64,000 nt of DNA from contig JBJCIZ010000744.1 in assembly GCA_051294375.1 (NCBI GenBank), forward strand, positions 1,742,037-1,806,036, given 5' to 3'. The DNA comes from Paraspadella gotoi (Eukaryota > Animalia > Chaetognatha). Position numbers and translations under genes: made by a program. The notes below the pieces were generated by a model, which was not told the DNA's origin, did not search any database, and saw nothing but the letters and a program-made list of their open reading frames with translations. Of the stretch, positions 10,901 to 21,500 are shown piece by piece. Every line of letters starts with the position of its first letter. The first letter of the stretch is position 1.

Positions 10901-13483
10901 GAGCCGAAAACTCACCCGGGTAACAAGCTCCTTTAGATTATTTATATATTTTAAATCTAGTCGGTCTATGTAAATTATAAAAAAAAATCTTTTTTTAGTT
11001 CTCATTTATTTGTTTATTTATTTGTTTCCTTAAAAAGTTCAACTTTTAATTTTCTATTTATAATTTAGTATAATTTACTATTATTCATTATCCTTATACA
11101 TGAAAAAAAAAAGATTCTCAATTAATAATAAATAATAATAAACAATCCACCGTCCTTCAGAGACAACCTACCGAGACGGCGCGTCCCGCAAAGCCGCCTG
11201 GACCGAATACACCGTCCACGGAAAGAAGGTCTGTCGTCGAACCTTTTCTTTTCTCCACGGGATGAGCGACACGACCTTGAAGAGAGTCTGCGGACATTAC
11301 GACAAGTTTGGCCTCAAGAAACGGTGGGTTTTGTTGATGATGTTATTGTCGGAATAGATGAGCGGAGAAAAGGACCCTGCGACGAACGGTTTCCTGTTGG
11401 TACCGTTTATCTACTTTCATTTAGTAGTATCAAATCTTAGTAGTATCAAATCTAATTATGTACCAAAGAGTCGGTCTTCTTTAAAACTCAAAAGCGCATC
11501 GCATCGATGAGAATTAAATGGTGAGGTGAGAAAAAAAAAAGAAATTAATTTGGTGACGGTCATCCCTTTTGTTTTTAAAAATCAACATTAACAACAACAA
11601 CAGCTTCCTGTGACCTGCAATAATCTTCTTCCAGAGAACACGGTAACGCGGGCAAGACTCCTGTCAACGCCGTCTCGGACGAAGAAGGTCGCGTCATTGC
11701 CGACTTCGTCTTGGCATTCGCCAAAGCCCACGGCAGCCCAGCCGTCCCTCTCTCTGCCGCCAGCGCGAGGCTCAATTCCGTAGCGGGTGGGTGAAGGTCC
11801 GGTCCAGTCAGATATTGGATGAGGCAGATATTGGCGAGGCAGATATTGTCAAGTAGAATATTGACAAGCCAGCCAGATATTGGCAAGCCAGTCATATATT
11901 TTCAGGCCAGCCAGATATTGGCAAGCCAGTCATATATTTTCAGGCCAGCCAGATATGCTCAAGCCAGCCGGATATAGTCAATCCAGCCGGATATGGTCAA
12001 GCCAGTCGGATATGGTCAAGCCAGCCGGATATGGTCAAGCCAGTTGGATATGATCAAGCCAGTTGGATATGATCAAGCCAGTCGGATATGATCATGCCAG
12101 TCGGATATGATCATGCCAGTCGGATATGATCATGCCAGTCGGATATGATCATTCCAGTCGGATATGATCAAGCCAGTCGGATATGATCAAGCCAGCCAGA
12201 TGTTGCCAAGCCAGACAGATGTTGGCAAGCTACATATTGTTACGCCAGTTATTTGCAAGCTCTTTTTTAATATTTAAATTAACTCCTCACCCCCGTCAGG
12301 CCTGGACCTAAGCATGAAACGTCCCCACCGCCTCATCCTTCCTCTGAGCAAGAAGGACGTCTGGCTGAGCTACAAACGCCACTGCGAGGAGGAGGGGCTC
12401 AGGGTCGTCAAACTCACCCGTTGGAGGACGTTTTGGCCCGAGTCTGTCCTCACCCTCAACAAGGCTGACGGACAGGGGATGGTGGTGAGATTTGAGAGGG
12501 GTGAGGGGGTGTGAACGGGTTAAGAGGAGGTTATTATGTTGTATTGACGAGCGGGGTAATATTTTGAATTGATTACAACCATTATACAAATTATCCATTC
12601 GAGTGAATTAATGAATGAAAAGATGAATGGAGGAATAAATAAAGAAAAAGTAAAGATGATGTAGAAGAAGAAAAATAGAGAAAATAATTCGTAAATAATA
12701 AAAATAATAAGTAAATACGTAAATGAAAAAAAAAAAAGTTAAATTGAGAGATGAATTTAAATAAAAGGGGAAATGACTTTTGAAACAATTCCCCCCGACA
12801 GATTCGTCCGACGCCGACGGAAGAGCCACGCCCACCTTCTCCTTCTCTCTCTCCTCCCAAAGAAGCGGAATCCGCCGCTTTAACCTCCGACGCCGCAACA
12901 GCCGCAGCATCCGCAGCAGCCATCACCGCTCCAACCCTTGCTCCCCCCATCGCCTCAACGCCCGCCACTTCCTCCCTCCCCGTCACCCTTCACTCCCTCC
13001 CCGTCCCTCTGCACTCCTTGCCCTCCCGCCCTTTATCCCCTGCCAGTTTCCCTGACTAACATGCCAGTTTCCCTCACGACCATGCCAGTTTCTCTTCATT
13101 CCCTGCCGACGACGATCTTTCATTCCGTCGCTCGAGTCCAACGCCCCGTCACCTCCCTCGCTCCATCTCCTCCTACTCCTCTCCCTCCACGTCTCTTGGA
13201 CGACGACGACGCGCACCAACAGCAGCAGCAGCAGCAACAGCCGGACGAGAGTGTGGGCGAGACCAAGGATAGGCTGAATCATCAACGGCCTCAACATCAA
13301 ACTTCTCAGCAGGCTCAACATCTTAACCTTCAGCAGCCTGAACATCCAGACGACGACGACGCTTTACCTCATCGTCATCATCATCATCACCATCATCACC
13401 CGAAACATCAAAGACAAAAACTGAAGATGTTGGGAACCAAGAACAGTCTGAGCGAACTTTACAGCAGTCGGGGCACTCGCTGA
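4593..13483 (+). CDS. Uncharacterised multi-exon gene: Pro/His/Gln/acidic low-complexity protein with a transposase-like module
   Basis: GT-AG-bounded exons: 4593-4948, 5424-5632, 6681-6797, 6868-7125, 7459-7556, 7869-7989, 8109-8200, 8322-8437, 8929-9679, 10286-10433, 10797-10919, 11161-11323, 11635-11786, 12300-12484, 12802-13483. Phases are consistent from exon 3 to exon 14. Exons 1, 2 and 15 appear to contain single-base indels. Confidence 0.75.
5652..6360. repeat. 33-bp intronic minisatellite, ~21 degenerate copies
   Basis: Consensus tttgtgaacgtttacggttaatcggtcaattag; many copies carry small indels. Confidence 0.92.
9727..10243 (+). mobile_element. Helentron/DINE-1-like non-autonomous element containing a nested ~310-bp foldback (9797-10110)
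   Basis: Starts ttttagttgg..gtcggtcggtacgtccgtctgtc..cttacgttaaaaatgctc, as do the copies at 38413 and 50027. The 3' part (gtgatcaacc.taagacgtt...tcacagggaaat...gatcttg) matches 40540-40645. The interior arms are reverse complements of each other. Confidence 0.6.
10286..12484 (+). CDS. Five exons encoding a ~255-aa Cys/His-containing module resembling the N-terminal half of Sola-like DNA transposases
   Basis: Spliced translation includes ...FVDKGCGCAIGPYRRACYKGFSVEEIIKKRNETLDL...YTVHGKKVCRRTFSFLHGMSDTTLKRVCGHYDKFGLKKREHGNAGKTPVNAVSDEE...FVLAFAKAHG...LPLSKKDVWLSYKRHC...WRTFWPE. The family resemblance is from memory and was not searched. Confidence 0.6.
11806..12235. repeat. 19-bp intronic minisatellite, ~20 copies
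   Basis: Consensus aagccagtcggatatgatc, with variants changing gradually along the array. Confidence 0.9.
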
Positions 13484-14156
13484 CGCTTGCTTGTTGAAAA
13501 ACTATATTGATACAATGATTTGTTTTTTTTTTACAAAACACTTGTATCTATTTTTATATGAAAACTACTACAAATTATGATTCATTCCTGGAAAAGTGGG
13601 CAATCATAGATAGTTAAAAATTTAGAAATGGCTTCTCATCATCAAGATCTTTTAAAATGATGTTTCATATTGATACAAGGATTTGTTTATTTTATTTATA
13701 AAATAATTATATCAGTTTTTATAAAAAAATCTATTACAAATTACAATTAATTCTTTTAAAAGTTGTGGAATCACAGGATCACATTCAATTCATTTTATTT
13801 TATTAATTTATTTTATTTTTATATATTTATTCATTTATTTTTTTTACTTTGTTTATATATTTATATTTATTTATTTTTTACACATTAAGCCAAGTTTGTT
13901 TTGTATAAAACTTAGTTTCCCTGTATCAAATATTTTTTTTCGTTTGAGTATCAAAGTTTGTCGTGGGTCCAGAATTTTTTTAAGTTGATTCTTTCTCTCG
14001 TTATTATTTATCAAAATATTTGTCGCGGCAATTCCATCTTTTAAATCGTGTTTTGTTTTTTTTAAATTTTGTTATAGATTTAATACTAATAAATATGAAG
14101 GCTCAAGAAGACCTATTTTTTAAAATAAAGAACTAAGTCTAAGGAAAAAAGGAACA

Positions 14157-17100
14157 ATGAAGACGACGGAGGAGAAAGAAGAGAAGACGACGACGACGAC
14201 GCCTTCAATTTCTTCCTTTAATTTTCGCAGCGAAATTTTCGAAGAGTTCAGTTATTCTCACGCGGCGCTGGTCAATTCCGAACCTGATTGGCTCAAGGTG
14301 TGCCAACGTTTTTAGGTTAACTCATTAGTTTATATAAGTTTTTTTTTAAATCTATTTGCTTTACTATTTCGTTAACTTTGTTTCTGTTTCTAGTTGAACA
14401 GCCTTTTTTTCATTTTCTTAATTTATATTTTGTTATTTTTTTAAAATCATTGTTTGTTTTTATTTTTTGGTAATTTCTAATATTTTTTTAAGGCTTATCG
14501 AAAAACGTTCTCCATTCCGGCACCGACGGATTTGATCCGCTGCTCCGGCGATCCCCCGGCAAAGTGGCTTCGGTTGTCCGCTTTGCCGATAAGCCAGGCC
14601 GCAAGCAGCAATCCTGGCCGGAAAGAGGAAACCGCTGGCGGCGGCGACGGCGACGGCGTCGGCGACGTCGCCGCCATCGAGGGAGAGATAAAACTGGACG
14701 ATGAGGATGAAGAAGAGGAAAAACAAGAAAACGACAACAACAACGAAAGCGTCGACGCCGCTCCGAATGTCGCCGCCTCCGAAGACGTCGACGAGGAATT
14801 CGGCGAAGGCACGGATGTCGCCCCCGCAGCGCCGCCAGCGCCCGTCGTCTCCAAGACGAAACTCTTAACCGAAGACATCGACGACGAATTCGGCGACGAT
14901 GACGATGACGGCGGCGGCGGAGGAGGAGGAGGAGGAGGAGGAGGAGGAGGAGGAGGATCAGAACGCTCCTCCTCTTCGGACGTGTCTCCCCAATCGGCGA
15001 AAAAGAATTTACGCGGAAACGCCGTCGATTTGTCAGAGTCTTTAAAGCGGCTTCTTTTTGCTAATAGGCAAAAGTATAAACCCAGGTGAGGGGCTGGTCA
15101 GGCGAACGATTTGATTCGATAAGTGATATGATTTAGTTTATGGTGGACTATAATCAACCTACCGTCCATTATTGTCATTTTAATCTTTGTATAAATTTCC
15201 CCATCTCTTCTCTCCCCACCCCCCATTTTTCCCCCCACCCCCCTCCTATCCCTCACTCTCTCCATCACCACCATGCCCCTTCTCCCCACTTTCCTCCATC
15301 CTCCAGATACCTCGACGACTACAGCAAACGCGCCGTCGTCTACGAACAAACTCAAGCGGCGGAATATCCCCGTCACTCTGACCTCGAGGCTTCGGAGCAG
15401 CGAGACTATCTCTTTCTCTTCCTTCAAAAGTTCGGCAAGTATCGCTTTCCCATAAATCGACCCGTGGAGAGGATCGTCCCGAGGGTCATGCCTCTCGAGC
15501 CGGAGAAGAAGAGGCTCTTCGAGAAGTTGCGCGACGTCGTCCTCAAAGAGAGGAAGGTGATTAGAATAGGGGGACGGAGTTATTTTGTTAAAAATGCGTC
15601 TATCACATCATATCTATAGTAAAATAAGACTATTATGAAAACTATCAAAAGATATGAGAAATGGTCCAAACTACTACAATATGTAAATGAGATTGAAGAA
15701 CTCAATCTCATTTGAAATGAACCACAAATTATTCTGCTACACCCGAAATACTAATCCTTTTTTTTTGAAAGCAGTGACTTCATATAAGTTGTACAGGGTT
15801 GTTTACCGTTTACTTAACCACCCTAACGGCATAAATCTCATTTCCTCAAGGCCTTCGACATTTTCTCTCTCAAAAACGCGATCGACGGACGAGCGATGGG
15901 CAACCGTCACTCGATGACGACTCGATGCATCGTCGACTTCGTTTCTCGTCTCCTTCGTCGAAAACACGAAAGTCACGTTAATTATCCGCCCAACTACGCC
16001 CCTCTGCCGGCGTCGCCCGGTCGCGGCGGCGATTCGGCGTCCTACCGCCGCACCGTCTCCCTCGCCAAGCCCAGAGCCCCGCCGGGCGCGGCCCCGCCGC
16101 TCCGCTTCATCGCCACCCCGCTCCACGTGGGCTCTATCCCTAAAGCCAACGTGCCCAAGATCGAGACGGACGCCGATTACAAGTCGATCGTCAGTTTGGA
16201 TCTGAACGGAAAAGTGCAGGACGTCTTGGGGAAGTCGTTGGCCGAGAGGATGACCAATCGGTTTTTGATCGACACTCCAGCGCCGCCGGAGGACGCTGCC
16301 GCGGCGGGAGGCGGCGCTGGAGCTGCGGCGGCGGATAAGGCGCCGACGCTACTGAAGAAGCCGCTGTCCAGTCAGGATTTGAACGCGGAGAAAATCGCCG
16401 TCAAGTACAGGTTGTTTTTTTTTTTGTTTTTTTTACCACGCGTCGCGGGTTCAATCCCTGGGTATCCTGGTTCTGGCTTAAATGAGACGTCACCGGTTTA
16501 AACATTCCAGTGACAGGAGGCGGTCAATTGAGGCTGAGGGTCCGCACTCCGCAGTCCCGACGCCAGTTGAAGAGATACCCCGCGCCCCGGGTATCACCTG
16601 AATTACTCCCGTTGCCATATTGACTTCTTCAGTTTCTAATAATTAATTTATTTCGTCATTGGAAGATTTACGCGCTTGATTCATCTACTTGGGGTGGATT
16701 TTAAGTGGATAATTGAAACGTTTTAAAATGTATAATATGCAAATGATATCTAGAAATTAACTGAGAAAGCAATTGTCGTTTTCCCTCTCCCCATCAGAGC
16801 TTCCATCGTCTGTACGCCTTCCGTCATCAAGTGTCTCCTCGACAACAACGACGAAGAGGAGAACAACCTCCCCGCTTGGCACCGTCCATGGCAAATCCCC
16901 GTCGTCGTCAAGGAGTACGAAGTCCGCCAACCCGACGGGTCATCTCTCAAGCACAAGGTCGTCTACTTGGACAAGCCGCTCCCTAAGCGAGCTTACACTC
17001 CGCGCGAGATGAACGAGATCTTTGTCAAGAAAGCGTTTTTGGAGATGTACTCCAATTCGAACAAGCGGCCGCCGCCCGCGGCGCATTACGCCAAGGCCGC

Positions 17101-18060
17101 CGCGGGCGCTGCCAAGCGGGTCTTCAGCGGCGGGGCGATGAAGAGGCCGATCTCGCCCACGAGGGAGGAAGAAGAGGAAATTGGAGGAGGAGGAGGAAAG
17201 AAGAAGAAGAAGAACAAACCGTCGGCGAAGAAGAGAAATGCGAGGATGCAGGTAGGGTGGAGGAAGAGGAAAAAGTTGAGGGGGAAGAGGAAAAAGATGA
17301 GATTAAGCTACTATTTTAGAATATACATTGTATATTGTATGTACATTGTATTGATTTACCCTTGGTACCCATTGTAAAAAACCAGCCAATTTTCTAACCG
17401 TATCTTAAATTTCTCTACCCTCTGGAACGCGCAACTACTCCCATCATCGGAATGCATAAAATTCCTTATTAATTATTAATTATTAATCTAATGAGTGAAT
17501 GTCTCGAATATATTCTGCCGACAGGCGACGCGCGACTCGACCCCTTCTCACGTCCACTCCAAACCCGACGCCCCTCTCCTCACCTCTGCTCCGGGCGGAT
17601 TCAGAATGACCAAGTTCGTCGCCGGAGAAATCCTTAAACCCAACGACGCCCCCGTGCGCTTCACCGAATCCGGAAAGGGAGGAGAGAAGGAAGAAAGTAA
17701 AAAGCCGACGATGATGAGCCTCTTGCCGCCGTCGCCAGAGGGCGTGGCGCAGTTGGACGGAGCTGGGGACAGCGAGGACGAGGAGAGGTGAAGGAAAGAG
17801 GTGGAGGGTGGGAGGGAAAAGGTTTGGGTTGAGGAGGAAGATAAGTTTGTTGGGAAACAATGGGGCGAGGAAGATTGTGAGGAAAAATGTCGGAATGTGT
17901 TGTGTAAGGGATGATTATCTAAGATGATCTTGAATGAGATTGAATTTTTCAATCTCATTTACATATTGTAGTGTTTGAACTTTTAGTTGCAGTAAAAATA
18001 GTAGTTGTAGAAATATCGGGAGGGAAGTGACCTTGAGTTTATACTTTACAGTAGGATACT

Positions 18061-18113
<53 letters not shown>

Positions 18114-18552
18114 CGGTGGGGAGTAAAAATGAAATTGAAGAAGTAAAATGAGCGTCAGTGACAAACTTTCGATGAATCGCGATAATTATGGATAACGAAT
18201 GAATAAATAATCATTGGTTATTAAACAAAGTAGCATAAATCAATGATCCATGATCAATCCACATTTCCGCAATAGTTTGTCCCCTGACGAAAGGTCATGG
18301 GAAATAAGTAGAGGACAGAAGAAAGAAGCGAGGAAAGTCGAGAGGGAGCAAAGGTCAGGGATGATGATGTAAAGCGTGATCACGAGATCACCGGACAGTT
18401 TTCACTCAATCTGTAACTTGTTGTCTTTAGTCTTAGATTTGTTTGATGCTCATCCTGTACTGAATCAAACTTGTTGAATTCTAATTTAAACGAATATATT
18501 ATTATTAAAGATAATTTGCTCGTCCTTCAGATTCGCGTCCAACTCTAGCGAA

Positions 18553-18596
<44 letters not shown>

Positions 18597-21500
18597 ACTT
18601 TGCATCGATTTGGGGAAAAACGAATCCGCGGGGAATTCCATCTCCTCGTCTGTCAACGACGCCGACGACGCCGACAACGACGCCGACAATGACGCCGTTG
18701 TTGCGGACGACGATGCTAACGACGCCGTCAACGACGCTGACGAGGCCGACAATGACGCCGTTGTTGCGGACGACGATGCTAACGACGCCGTCGATGCAGA
18801 CAATGACTCCGCCGACGAGAACGACCCATTTGCAGACAACTCTGCCGACAGATCTGCCCTCTCCCCCAAACTCGTCGCCGAATCCCCCTCCGTGACTAAA
18901 GACGACGTAACCGGCGCCTTCGTCCCGCCGACGGATTCCCTCGAGTGGAAGAACCTCATCGATCCCGACGAGGCGTTGGATATGCCGCTGCCGGGGTTCG
19001 GAGGAAGAGGAGGATCTTCGCGGAGTCGAGACTTCGTCTCTTTCGATCGAGAACCCGAGTCGCCGCCGTCGAGGGAGACTGGGTTTAGATCGAGGTAAGG
19101 TCGGTTTAGCAGACTAATTTGTGGTTTTAATTTCAAAGGAGATTGAGTTCTTCAATTTCTTTTATATATTCTAGTAGTTTATTTATTTATTATTTTATGG
19201 CAATGGGAGGATAGCCTGTGATACCCGGGCCGCGGGGTATCTCACCAACTGGCGTAGGGGCTGCGGACCCTCAGTGACCGCCTCCTGTCACTGGCATGTT
19301 TATACCGGCACCGTCACATTTAAGCCAGAACCGGGATACCCGGGGATGGAACCCGGGACGCACGGATGGAATGAGATGATTTAGCCTGCTCAGCCATTGA
19401 GACGAGGCTGAGGACGGACAGCAGTGAGGCAGCTTTAAGTCTTGCTGCCACAATTTATTATTTCTTGTAAATTTAGACAAAACTAAAAACCCAATAAAAA
19501 ACAAGTTTGAGCAAACAATGTCGGATCTGACTACGATAATTCAGCGGTAATCAGCTAATCATTTGATAAATCCCGATAATTCTTTCAATTTGATCATGAC
19601 AGATCGTACCATACTAAACCAACGGCTGCGCAAAATACATGTAAATCGCTTGCAAGGGATTAAGCTGAACTGTTACTATGGTACAAATAAATATTTTTTT
19701 TAACTATTATTATTTTTTTAACTTGCATAATCTTTTTTACTTGCATCATTTTTCAATTCGCCTCATTTTTTCAACTGGCATATGAGAAATATTATAACAG
19801 TTAAATTTCGATGCTCCAACATTGTGATGATCAAAATAAACTATCCGCACACCTACGTAGTGATATCATTCTTATTAGAATTTATGTCTATTTAAAAAAT
19901 ACAAAAAGACAATTGAAGCAATTGAACATGAAATAGAGAAGAGCCATGCCATGCCACGCTTTGACGTCACCTTCTCCATCCACCAATCAAATGTCGATCT
20001 CGAGTCCGTAAAATAACAACGAACCCTTGAGCTCGAATCCGAACTCTTCCGTCAGGATCCTCAACATCTTCTCCCTGTCGGGAGATGGTGGAAGCAGCAC
20101 CTGCAGCACATCAAACCCCCCATTGAAATCGCGGAGGATTCGTCTAAGGTGAAGACGGAATTGGTGAAGGGAGAAGTCGCCGTAGAAATCGACGATTAGG
20201 CGGACGCCAGAGTTGAAGCCAATGCCTAAAGGAAAAAAATGGGTTAGGCGGGTGGGTTGTGATTGAGTGAGGGATTGATTGATGATTATGTGAGCGAATA
20301 GTATTACAGAGAGTGATTGAATGAATGAGCAACTGCTGGTAAAAAAATTACGGAAGTAACTCATTATCACGTACAAGCGATCGAGAGTTTGAGCGAGTTG
20401 TTTCTGACAAAATCCCGGTGCAACTATATATACTGACCTCTGGTTGTGCAAAAGGTAAGCCTTTGAACTTCTTCAACATCTTCATCGCCGCCGTTTCCAT
20501 CGACACCTTTACCGACGCCGCCGAAGATGCCGCCATCCTCCCGGTATCTCCGGCTCAATGAAACCAAACAGGCAGCGTTGTCGTGTCCACATGTCATGGC
20601 GTCCAACTCATCGGTATGAAAATCGAGCATTCGGAACGAGAAAAGAAATGATCCGCTTGGCACCAGGCGCTGTTGACAGGCGCTGCTGGACAAAAGACGG
20701 CGCCAGGGGTCGCGGGAGTGAAATCGAAGAGAAGAATCGACGCTGTCGTTGTCGTCGTCATTGACGACATTTTGAGGAGCTGTTTGCTTCAAATTGGACT
20801 CGTCATTGTTTGCCCTCGCAAAATAGACAGTAAAAATTTCATTAATCCTTTCAATTAGTAATTTTAACCGATTATAACAGATCATAACATAACAAATTAC
20901 TATAAGTATAACAGACTATGAAAAATTCTATAAATCAATTTGACCAGTGTCTGAGCCAATACATGTAAATCACTTTCGAGGGATTAAACTTTTTTAACTA
21001 ATATACTTTTTTCAATTTTTATCTATATAATTTTTATTTATATCATTTTTCTTATTTGTATAATTTTATTTATTTTGTAAATTTTTTTAAATTGCATAAT
21101 TTTTTTAATTAAAATAATTTTTTTAAACTTTTATAATTTTTTTAACTTGAATAATTTTTACTTAAACTAAAATTGATTAGTATTTTATTTACTAAAATTT
21201 TATTTTTTTTTGGAGAGCTATCCGGTTTTAAAATTTTAAAACATACAAAGGGATTAAACCTTTTCTCACCCCCTCACCTTTCATATCAGGATCTCCATGC
21301 CCGTGATGGAGATCCCGCTGGATAACGACCCCAGAAAGAGTCGCTCGTTGTTGATGGGAAACTCGGGCAGACTCGACTCTTTCGAGGTTCAGTTGATGAC
21401 GAAGAGGGCGGAAAGAGAATCGGCGCCGGGAAGATCGTCCGCCTCCGGATCGGCGACCGAGAGAGACTCGGCCTCCGGAAAATCCGGAAAATCCGAAACT

